This document shows positions 56,701-64,000 of a stretch of DNA of 64,000 nucleotides, in pieces. The position numbers and the translations under genes were made by a program. A model generated the notes under the pieces. The model was not told the origin of the DNA and searched no databases. It was given only the letters and a program-made list of their open reading frames with translations. Each line of letters starts with the position of its first letter. Position 1 is the stretch's first letter. The DNA comes from Bacteroidota bacterium (GTDB lineage Bacteria; Bacteroidota; Bacteroidia; Cytophagales; Cyclobacteriaceae), in the NCBI GenBank assembly GCA_016191555.1, contig JACPVX010000038.1, positions 1,506 to 65,505 of the forward strand, read 5' to 3'.

Positions 56701-57941
56701 ATCTCGATAATGGTTTTGAGGTAGTTCTCTGCGTTTGCATAGTTTTTTTGGTAGATGGCCAACCCTATCAGAAATTCGAGAACTTCTGCCGTAACAATAT
56801 TATTTTTCGGTAGTGCTTTTGTATTGGCAATAAGTGCATTTGCATCTTTTTCAAGATTCTTGGTTTTGTCTTTGCTCAACTTAGAATCAAATTCAATGGC
56901 TTTTAATCGAACTGGATAAATACTTCCTTCTTTGTAATTACTCTTAATCATTTTCTCGTACTCCAATTTTGTGTTAGCAAACTTGGAAGTATTTTCTTGT
57001 GCGAGCAGGCGCTTAAGATGTTGTTCATAAATTAAAGCCGCCAAGTAATGTGAGTTTTTATGTTCTTTTAAAAGATTACTCAATGCCTTGGTATACCCGG
57101 TACCGGTTGGAAAGTCATCGTCCAAATTGAGACCACCTTCTACTAAGAGATTGGAATGAAGAAACTGGTTTCTGGCATAGGAGAAATTTGATTCCCCCAG
57201 GTTTTTATCAATCCATCGAGTTGTAGCGGCAAATGCAGAATCTGCACTGGTTAATTTTCCTTGATTGCGAAAGGCATCACCAATATCTGTCAGGATTCTC
57301 GCGTATTCCTCAAGCCTTACTTTCAATTCATCATCTGAAAGTTTGCGGCTTTTTAAATTTCCTTTGTCGTCTACAAATGTTTCTTGTTTGATAGCTCGTC
57401 CTGCATAATACTTTTCGTTTTTTCTTAAAAGGTCAATTGCTGCATTATAATATCCCTGTCCAGTCATCGCTTCCGCCATAATCACTTCCCACTGTGCGCG
57501 AGTTCCTTCTTTGAAAGTAGCGCTTGCTTCTAGATTTTTCTTCGCATCTGCCAGATAGTTTCTAGCCACTCGATAGGACCCATTTTGTGCATACAACTCT
57601 GCAGCATTCATTAATAGAATGCCATGCTTCTGACTACTTTCTTTGTTGATTAGTAAGCTACTTGAAATGGCCGATTGTAGGCTCGTTTCAAATTCCGTAA
57701 AACGGCCCGAAGCTAAATGCATCTTGGCGTTCATCAGATGATATTTCACCAAATAGGGATTCGTGTCCCCTAATTTTTTAAAATTCTTTTTCTTGAATTT
57801 TTCGAGTAGCGAAGTGGCTTTGCCATAATCGCCAATTTCATAAGCAGTCTCAACGGCTTTGATGGCTTTGTCCAGCTTGCTTTGCGCGATTGCAAGGGTG
57901 GTGATTAGAAATAAGCACACGAAAATTTTGACTGATTTCAT
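53718..57941 (-). CDS. Large secreted TPR-CHAT domain protein
   Basis: Signal peptide, long TPR array, HIATHG, SACETG, PYYWGPF. Confidence 0.92.
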   Translation of the reverse strand: MKSVKIFVCLFLITTLAIAQSKLDKAIKAVETAYEIGDYGKATSLLEKFKKKNFKKLGDTNPYLVKYHLMNAKMHLASGRFTEFETSLQSAISSSLLINKESSQKHGILLMNAAELYAQNGSYRVARNYLADAKKNLEASATFKEGTRAQWEVIMAEAMTGQGYYNAAIDLLRKNEKYYAGRAIKQETFVDDKGNLKSRKLSDDELKVRLEEYARILTDIGDAFRNQGKLTSADSAFAATTRWIDKNLGESNFSYARNQFLHSNLLVEGGLNLDDDFPTGTGYTKALSNLLKEHKNSHYLAALIYEQHLKRLLAQENTSKFANTKLEYEKMIKSNYKEGSIYPVRLKAIEFDSKLSKDKTKNLEKDANALIANTKALPKNNIVTAEVLEFLIGLAIYQKNYANAENYLKTIIEIKADLFGDEAPETHLARIKLANYYLDYSNKIADAAKIYKESFENVVSKEIGAWHKDHLDILNHLAHLYELTDRYVEANEALDKAGLVARAKYDDGDFLFADELTQIARLQIKLGQYEKAENNLNKAAEILDKFRKDDDKKIFIINTLETQATLLGIKGLFDEAEDKLEKSEKIFKRADQPIVGIDELSTAQQLSSLFIQLGRYTETEELLEKLIEEYEKLYGKNSLRLVEPLVNKGRISLAAGDYTEADKIAQRANQIAVTVYGPKSSKTASTEKLLGDIEYAIGDYDRADDNITKAMASQEKQFGRNHIEVAKSLAQLSLIKFYKGEPFDKVEKLMIEAQEIMGSRLGKENPQYADILKNVAVINIAAKKYNAAFSSLTQAEGIWRTKTGSKNNINAAAIFTLTGDVFYQIKNYKKAEEYYIQAKGIYDKYFNKNHPEYVKILSKQAKVYYMEKDFKRSKKNIEEALANYENFIKQFFPALSEREKAKYWNTIKGDFEFYNTLAFSQLDDFKDLTGKVYNYQLLTKALLLSSSIKIRERILNSKDEALKQTYTDWVQKKEFLTNVLSMSTEQLTLNGIDPNLLTQEVEKLERTLSEKSELFGQSFENKKITYENVQKSIAKNEVAIEMVRYRYFNHTFTDSVMYVALYVKNDNARPKAIQLPEGYRMETRFFKYFRNSIISKTEDKFSYKVFWEPIQKELGLNTSIYLSPDGVYNQLNLEAIPTPDGKFVIDNSNIVLVSNTKDLYLRKIKSKGGVPSNTATMFGNPTFYLTASNSQRVASLPGTEKEVNELDQLLKQKGWKTSEYVEGEASEDQAKLLESPKIFHIATHGFTQPASEKKDGEELTSSEAQQTENPLMKTGLLLKGAGDILDKTNYNYNIENGILTAYEAMSLNLDKTDLVVLSACETGLGEIANGEGVYGLQRAFLVAGAKVLIMSMFKVDDEATQKLILNFYKKWLTTNNMRQSFIDAKKELRVEYPEPYYWGPFMMIGLD

Positions 57942-58029
57942 ACCGGGGGATTTAGTACTATAAAATTACTCTTTTTTGCGTTGAAGATCGCTACCTATTC
58001 TATAACAGAGATTGTAACAACATTCGATG

Positions 58030-61000
58030 TTATGCCTCTATTAGCTTTTGAAGTATGCTTCGGGCTGCATCGGTTACAGGAGTGCCAGGGCCAAATATCC
58101 CACTTACACCCTGTTGGTATAGAAATTCATAATCTTTTTGCGGGATCACACCACCAGCGACCACTAATATATCCGGCCTACCGATTTTTTTTAGCGCTTC
58201 AATTAATTCCGGAACGAGTGTTTTGTGACCTGCAGCTAAACTAGATGCACCCACTACATGCACATCATTTTCTGCTGCTTGTTGTGCTACTTCTTGTGGG
58301 GTTTGAAAGAGAGGGCCGATGTCAACATCAAAACCTAAATCAGCGAAAGCGGTGGCGATTACTTTCGCTCCGCGATCGTGCCCATCTTGCCCCATTTTAG
58401 CAATGAGAATGCGGGGTCTGCGCCCATCTAATTCGGCAAACTGATCAGCTAATTTGCGAACTTTCAAAAGCTCCTTTTTATTATTCATCTCACTGGAATA
58501 AACACCTGAAATAGATTGAATCGTAGCCTTGTAGCGCCCAAATGATTTTTCCAACGCAAGAGAAATTTCTCCCAGCGTTGCCCTTACTCGCGCAGCAACA
58601 ATCGCTAACTCTAACAAATTACCTTCACCAGTAGCGGCAGCTTTTTCTAAATTTGACAAAGCTTCATTGACAGCTTTGGTGTCTCTGGTTTCTTTTAATT
58701 GGTTTAACCGGTCAATTTGTTCCAACCGAACAGCCGTATTATCGATATCTAAAATTTCAAAATCCGGTTTCTCATCAGTCAGGTATTTATTCACACCCAC
58801 AATCACATCTTTGCCCGAATCAATGCGCGCTTGCTTGCCGGCAGCTGATTCTTCAATTCGCATTTTGGGCAAACCACTTTCAATGGCTTTCGTCATGCCT
58901 CCCAGCTTTTCTACTTCTTCAATCAAAGCCCAAGCCTTCTCTGCCAGTTGTTCTGTCAGATATTCTACATAGTAGGAGCCGCCCAGAGGATCGACCACTT
59001 GCGTGATGCCTGTTTCTTTTTGTAAATACAATTGCGTGTTTCGAGCAATGCGTGCGGAGAAATCTGTTGGCAAGGCAATGGCTTCATCCAGCGAATTGGT
59101 ATGCAGCGATTGCGTACCGCCCAACGCGGCTGCCATTGCTTCGATGCACGTGCGAGCTACGTTATTGTATGGATCTTGCTCTGTTAAACTCCATCCCGAT
59201 GTTTGGCAATGTGTCCGCAACGCCATCGACTTCGGATTGACAGGATTGAATTGCTTCACCATTTTTGCCCACAGCAAGCGAGCAGCGCGCATCTTGGCTA
59301 CTTCCATAAAGAAGTTCATACCAATGCCCCAGAAAAAGGAAAGACGAGGAGCGAAGTCATCAATAGCGATGCCTGCTTTGATGCCGGCTCTGATGTATTC
59401 TAATCCATCAGCCAACGTGTAGGCGAGTTCAATGTGTGCAGGCGCACCGGCTTCATGCATGTGATAGCCGCTAATGCTGATGCTGTTGAACTTGGGCATG
59501 TGCTTAGAGCAATACGAAAAAATATCTGCCACAATGCGCATGGATTGTGCAGGCGGATAGATGTACGTATTGCGAACCATGAACTCTTTCAAAATATCAT
59601 TCTGAATCGTGCCACTCAATTGGTGTGGCTTCACACCTTGCTCTTCAGCTGCTACAATGTAGAAGGCGAGAATGGGAATGACGGCTCCATTCATTGTCAT
59701 GGACACTGACATCTTATCGAGTGGTATCTGATCGAAAAGAATTTTCATGTCCAACACCGAATCGATGGCAACACCGGCTTTTCCTACATCTCCGCTTACG
59801 CGTGGATGATCGGAGTCATAACCACGATGTGTCGCTAAATCAAACGCTACGGAAAGTCCTTTTTGACCGGCAACTAAATTTTTCCGGTAAAATGCATTTG
59901 AATCTTTAGCGGTTGAAAACCCGGCATATTGTCGGATTGTCCAAGGCCGAACTGTGTACATGGTAGCGTAAGGTCCACGCAAATAAGGGGGCAATCCGGC
60001 TTGCGAATTTTCTGCCCAAACCGTTTTACTATGCTGACTTAAAAATGAAGCGGGAACTGAAATTTTTTCGGCAGTCAGCCAAGGGTTTCGGGTAGATGCC
60101 GTTTCTTCTTTTTTTGAATTTAGAACCGAACGATGATTCGTCAGTTGAATATATTTTTCCCAAACAGCCTCCGTCAATTTGCTGGAAAGTGAATCGACAA
60201 AATACGATCCTGCTAATGGATCGGCTACCAGTGAAAGAAAAGACTCTTCTCGTAAAATGGAAGAAGTATTTCTTGCCATGCGCACCATCGTGGGTTGCTG
60301 CGCATCTTCGGGTTCGATCGTTAAACCATCGCAGCCCCCCAATATGGCTGCCATTCCTGCGTATGTTTCTTTGATCAGGTTACCGTGAGGTTGATAGGCA
60401 GGCTGTATCCAAGCGGGTGACGTGACGTGAATAATAGTGGTTCCTTCTGTTGGCTCTATCGTAGACAGGCGGCTCCAAATTTGACGCACCACACGCAGGT
60501 GTGCGATAGAAAGAAAAAAATCATTTCCGATGGCGCATGAAAAGGCAACAGATTGAAAAGCCTGGTGCGGGTTGTATCCATTTTGTTGCAACGACTGGCA
60601 GGTCTCCATTCCTTGCCGTAGTAAATTCGAAATTGTTTCGACCAGATCGCCTTTTGCAACTTCAATAATTCCGCAACTTCTAAAGGTTAACCATTTTTTA
60701 AATCTGCCGGCAATCGTAAAATCAATTGATTCTTTCCAGAAAATGCCTCCGTTTAAGCTAGCGCCTCCGTGTTTTTTTTCCGCGTAAGCGAAAAATTTTT
60801 CCAGAAACGAAGAGGTATCAGTAGAAACAAGAAAGAACGCAGTACAATAGGGTAGTTCAATATCTTTCAAAAGAACATCAGGTGATAAGGAGCCATTGAC
60901 AATTTCAAAAAGAATTCCATCGGCACCATTTTGAAGGTGTTGTAGCGCTTGCAGATTCCCTTGAACCCCATCATCTGCTAAAACTTTTGGCATGTTTACC

Positions 61001-61242
61001 CAATGGCGGGCACCACCAAATTCATTGGTAGATTCCGGTAAGGGATCGGTTCCAATTTTTGAACGATCAGTTGCCGTGTAATACGGCTTTATCTCTATGG
61101 CCTCCTTCGTTTGCGATAAATTTTCTAACGATTGCCCAGCCTCTAATTCTTTTCGGGCTGCTTCCTCCCAGTTTTGAACAGTTTGTTGTGCAAATAAAGA
61201 AGCGTCAGAATGTTCCACGATCTTTTGATTAGTTTGTTCCAC
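58030..61242 (-). CDS. scpA: Methylmalonyl-CoA mutase: small-subunit-like region fused to the catalytic large subunit
   Basis: [30 protein letters not shown]12 motif MGQDGHDRG; N-terminal ~365 aa resembles the non-catalytic subunit. Confidence 0.9.
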   Translation of the reverse strand: MEQTNQKIVEHSDASLFAQQTVQNWEEAARKELEAGQSLENLSQTKEAIEIKPYYTATDRSKIGTDPLPESTNEFGGARHWVNMPKVLADDGVQGNLQALQHLQNGADGILFEIVNGSLSPDVLLKDIELPYCTAFFLVSTDTSSFLEKFFAYAEKKHGGASLNGGIFWKESIDFTIAGRFKKWLTFRSCGIIEVAKGDLVETISNLLRQGMETCQSLQQNGYNPHQAFQSVAFSCAIGNDFFLSIAHLRVVRQIWSRLSTIEPTEGTTIIHVTSPAWIQPAYQPHGNLIKETYAGMAAILGGCDGLTIEPEDAQQPTMVRMARNTSSILREESFLSLVADPLAGSYFVDSLSSKLTEAVWEKYIQLTNHRSVLNSKKEETASTRNPWLTAEKISVPASFLSQHSKTVWAENSQAGLPPYLRGPYATMYTVRPWTIRQYAGFSTAKDSNAFYRKNLVAGQKGLSVAFDLATHRGYDSDHPRVSGDVGKAGVAIDSVLDMKILFDQIPLDKMSVSMTMNGAVIPILAFYIVAAEEQGVKPHQLSGTIQNDILKEFMVRNTYIYPPAQSMRIVADIFSYCSKHMPKFNSISISGYHMHEAGAPAHIELAYTLADGLEYIRAGIKAGIAIDDFAPRLSFFWGIGMNFFMEVAKMRAARLLWAKMVKQFNPVNPKSMALRTHCQTSGWSLTEQDPYNNVARTCIEAMAAALGGTQSLHTNSLDEAIALPTDFSARIARNTQLYLQKETGITQVVDPLGGSYYVEYLTEQLAEKAWALIEEVEKLGGMTKAIESGLPKMRIEESAAGKQARIDSGKDVIVGVNKYLTDEKPDFEILDIDNTAVRLEQIDRLNQLKETRDTKAVNEALSNLEKAAATGEGNLLELAIVAARVRATLGEISLALEKSFGRYKATIQSISGVYSSEMNNKKELLKVRKLADQFAELDGRRPRILIAKMGQDGHDRGAKVIATAFADLGFDVDIGPLFQTPQEVAQQAAENDVHVVGASSLAAGHKTLVPELIEALKKIGRPDILVVAGGVIPQKDYEFLYQQGVSGIFGPGTPVTDAARSILQKLIEA

Positions 61243-61456
61243 GAAATTAAGCGCAATGGGCTTTCAAGTTGAGGTTAAGTTTCCATTTTATCAATTCTTT
61301 TTTCGATCATTTCGGGCGTAAATCATTACTGAAATTCTTTTCTAAAAGTCAAGAGTGATTTTTATTTTTTCACCCTTTTGAATTTCATTTTTTTTTACAC
61401 CTTTGTTTCCCGCTTTAAAAAAAAAGCGAAAAAACCGTAAACTCTTGAACTCACTA

Positions 61457-62881
61457 ATGGAAGTAGCAACCACCTCAGTTTGGAATGATTGTTTGGATAT
61501 AATCAAGCAGGAGGTAGATGAACAAAGCTTTGCTACTTGGTTTAAGCCAATTGCTCCGTTGCGCACGGAAGGCGATGTGCTGACCATTCAAGTGCCATCG
61601 CAATTCTTTTACGAATGGCTTGAAGAGCATTATGTGCCGGTTTTGAAGAAGGCAGTTCACCAGATTCTGGGACCCGGTGGTCGTTTGGAATATTCGGTTA
61701 TTGTCGATAGCGGAAATCAAACGAATCCACCCGTTTTAGTAAACTATCCGAACGGCAGTGGCTTTAAGAAAAGCAATGCGCAAGCTGTGAATGGCCATGA
61801 AGAGTATTCTCCATTCAGCTTTAAGGCACTGAACCCACAAACAGTAAACTCCCGTCTCAATCCAAATTACTCTTTTGATAATTTTGTAGAAGGCGATTGC
61901 AACCGCTTGGCGCGATCTGCCGGTGTGGCAGTAGCGAAGAAGCCGGGCACAACTTCTTTCAACCCATTGATGTTGTATGGCGGTGTGGGAGTTGGTAAAA
62001 CACATCTTGTTCAAGCCATTGGCAACGAAATCAAAAAGAACCTGCCGGAGAAAATCGTTTTATATGTCGATCAAAATGATTTTACCAGCCAGTTTTTAAA
62101 TGCGCTTCAAAATCATAAGATGCAGGAGTTTCAAAACTTCTATCTTCAGGTAGACTTGCTCATTTTGGATGACGTGCAGTTTTTGGCTGGTCGGGAAAAG
62201 ACGCAGGAAATTTTCTTCCACATCTTTAACCAGTTACATCAGTCGGGTAAGCAGATCATCATGACCAGCGATTGTCCGCCTCGTGATTTAAAGGGTTTTC
62301 AAGAGCGCCTTTTGTCGCGATTTAAGTGGGGCTTGACTGCCGATTTGCAGGAACCGGATTTTGAGACCAAGTTGGCGATTATTCATAACAAAATGCAGTC
62401 GGACGGTATTGAAATACCTACCGAAGTGGCCGAATACCTCGCGTTTAGCGTAGACACCAATTTGCGCGATATGGAGGGGGTTCTGAACTCTTTGATGTTT
62501 CACGCTACGTTGCTCAAGAAGGAAATTGATTTAGAGTTAGCGAAAGAGGTTTTGAAAAACATCGTCAAAGAAATTCAGGCGGATGTTAGCGTTGATTATA
62601 TTCAAAAGACGGTCGCTGACTTCTTTAAAGTGGAGTTGGAAGCTATGAAGAGCAAAGTGAAAAAACGCGAAATAGTTATACCTCGCCAAACAGCCATGTA
62701 CTTTTGCAAACGCTATACACAGCTGACGCTGGCATTGATTGGCGAGAATTTCGGTGGTCGTGATCATAGCACCGTGATTCACGCATTGGAGTCAGTAGAA
62801 GACATGATGAAGACCGATGCCAATTACAAGAATAGCGTAGAGGAATTGACGAAAAAGTTCAAGTCGCGCATGTCTTCGTAA
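61457..62881 (+). CDS. dnaA: Chromosomal replication initiator DnaA
   Basis: TWFKPI, NPLMLYGGVGVGKTHL, DDVQF, RLLSRFKWGL, GGRDHSTVIHA; ATG 61457. Confidence 0.97.
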   Translation: MEVATTSVWNDCLDIIKQEVDEQSFATWFKPIAPLRTEGDVLTIQVPSQFFYEWLEEHYVPVLKKAVHQILGPGGRLEYSVIVDSGNQTNPPVLVNYPNGSGFKKSNAQAVNGHEEYSPFSFKALNPQTVNSRLNPNYSFDNFVEGDCNRLARSAGVAVAKKPGTTSFNPLMLYGGVGVGKTHLVQAIGNEIKKNLPEKIVLYVDQNDFTSQFLNALQNHKMQEFQNFYLQVDLLILDDVQFLAGREKTQEIFFHIFNQLHQSGKQIIMTSDCPPRDLKGFQERLLSRFKWGLTADLQEPDFETKLAIIHNKMQSDGIEIPTEVAEYLAFSVDTNLRDMEGVLNSLMFHATLLKKEIDLELAKEVLKNIVKEIQADVSVDYIQKTVADFFKVELEAMKSKVKKREIVIPRQTAMYFCKRYTQLTLALIGENFGGRDHSTVIHALESVEDMMKTDANYKNSVEELTKKFKSRMSS

Positions 62882-62935
62882 ATCCTGCTGGTAAGATTAA
62901 TTTTTTCTTATTAGGTTAGGGAGAAATATCCCCAC

Positions 62936-64000
62936 TTGAAAGCCATCTTTACCCGGTTGTTTCTTTCTCCTTTTCGGATTTCACATTTTGTTCTTTCTCC
63001 ACAAGAGTACAAGCGAGTTATTCTTACTTCTCAATTGAGCCTCATATTCGTGCTGGCGCTTATTTGCTTCGCTATTCTTGATATTTTCAGCGATTATTAT
63101 GAGCCCATGCCTTTTAATCTTGTGGGGATTGCCATCGGATTACTAGTCATTTATTTAAATGGCAAGGGGCATTTTATGACTGCCCGGGTCTCTTTGGCCA
63201 TTGGCGTGAATGTGATTACCATTTTTTTTACTGCCATTTTGGTGCGGGAAATGGGAGTATACATATTTTCGATCTGCATTAATATCGGAGTATTTGTGGC
63301 CTTCGGCTACGAGCGTATCCGCTACTCATGGATGATTGTTATCATCTCTACAATGGCATTCGTAGCGGCTGTTTTCCATCCCTACGAGCGCTTAACCGGT
63401 GATTTCGTTACCAAAGAATATGTAGACAAAAACTTGTTGACCATCTTTCTGATAGCAAGTTTCTCAGCCGTTGTAATTGTGTATTACATGCTTCGATTGA
63501 ATCATCGGTTTGAATCGAAATTGATGAAGCGTGAAAAGGACATTGAGTTTAGAAATCAGGAACTTCTAAAAGTAAATGCTGAGTTAGATAAATTTTTCTA
63601 CAGTGCATCGCACGATATGCGCGCGCCATTAACATCCATCAAAGGGCTGATTAATCTCATGGAAATGAGTCAGGATGCAAAGGAGCTGAAAGACTATGCT
63701 GCTATGCTAAAGGGTAGAGCAGAAAATCTGGATCAGTTTATCAAGAGCATCAGTGAATACGCGGCCAATGCCAGACAGCAGCTCAATTTCCAAATGCTAA
63801 ATCTGAAAAACGTTTTAAAGGAAAACCTGGAGAATTTTAAATTTTACCCGGGTGCCAATAAAGTCAAAGTAATATTGGATGTGCCAAGCGATTTTATGAT
63901 TAACGCTGATGCCGTGCGATTGCAGGTAATCTTCGGAAACATCATTTCGAATGCCTTTAAGTATCATGATTACTCCAAGTCGGATCCATTTTTGAAAATA
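62936..64000 (+). CDS. Membrane sensor histidine kinase (partial, runs off the window)
   Basis: Manual translation from TTG 62936: several TM helices, H-box ELDKFFYSASHDMRAPL, N-box GNIISNAFKY. Confidence 0.88.
   Translation, partial: MKAIFTRLFLSPFRISHFVLSPQEYKRVILTSQLSLIFVLALICFAILDIFSDYYEPMPFNLVGIAIGLLVIYLNGKGHFMTARVSLAIGVNVITIFFTAILVREMGVYIFSICINIGVFVAFGYERIRYSWMIVIISTMAFVAAVFHPYERLTGDFVTKEYVDKNLLTIFLIASFSAVVIVYYMLRLNHRFESKLMKREKDIEFRNQELLKVNAELDKFFYSASHDMRAPLTSIKGLINLMEMSQDAKELKDYAAMLKGRAENLDQFIKSISEYAANARQQLNFQMLNLKNVLKENLENFKFYPGANKVKVILDVPSDFMINADAVRLQVIFGNIISNAFKYHDYSKSDPFLKI

Noticed and set aside
61243-61400. Cobalamin riboswitch upstream of the mutase
   Set aside because: The region is AT-rich with no B12-box-like sequence visible
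61205-61456. Possible oriC or parS beside dnaA (TGTTCCACG twice, at 61211 and 61235; AT-rich gap)
   Set aside because: Only half-sites, and they lie within the mutase 5' codons. No TTATCCACA cluster and no full 16-bp parS palindrome. dnaA is often unlinked to oriC in Bacteroidota

Overview
This 64 kb window looks like core chromosome from a Bacteroidota bacterium, probably Cytophagales. That call rests on gene content, A-rich translation starts and TAnnTTTG promoter elements. It holds about 57 CDSs: envelope biogenesis (LptD-like, amidase, two MlaD, LolC/E-like, NamZ), housekeeping (folB, folA, fmt, nth, dtd, msrB, rsmG, crcB, dnaA), GH32, GH5 and VPS10-type proteins, a barrel plus tandem PAP2/haloperoxidase locus, an ATP-grasp/alpha-E/transglutaminase operon, two secreted TPR-CHAT proteases and a fused methylmalonyl-CoA mutase. 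I saw no rRNA, tRNA, CRISPR array, transposase or integrase. Two signals stand out. (1) There are five dispersed copies of a structured ~85-125 nt element (GGGATtGaAG...AGCGnAAGCCC, Flavo-1-like). Two lie stop-free and in frame in the 5' ends of secreted-protein genes, and copy orientation appears to track the local G/C strand skew. (2) A solitary KilA-N gene has a 30-bp palindrome encoding FNYGEFATIR, and a second 30-bp palindrome in the same register and frame (FKVVQFDHFK) sits just past its stop codons. All family calls come from motif recognition by eye; no searches were run.
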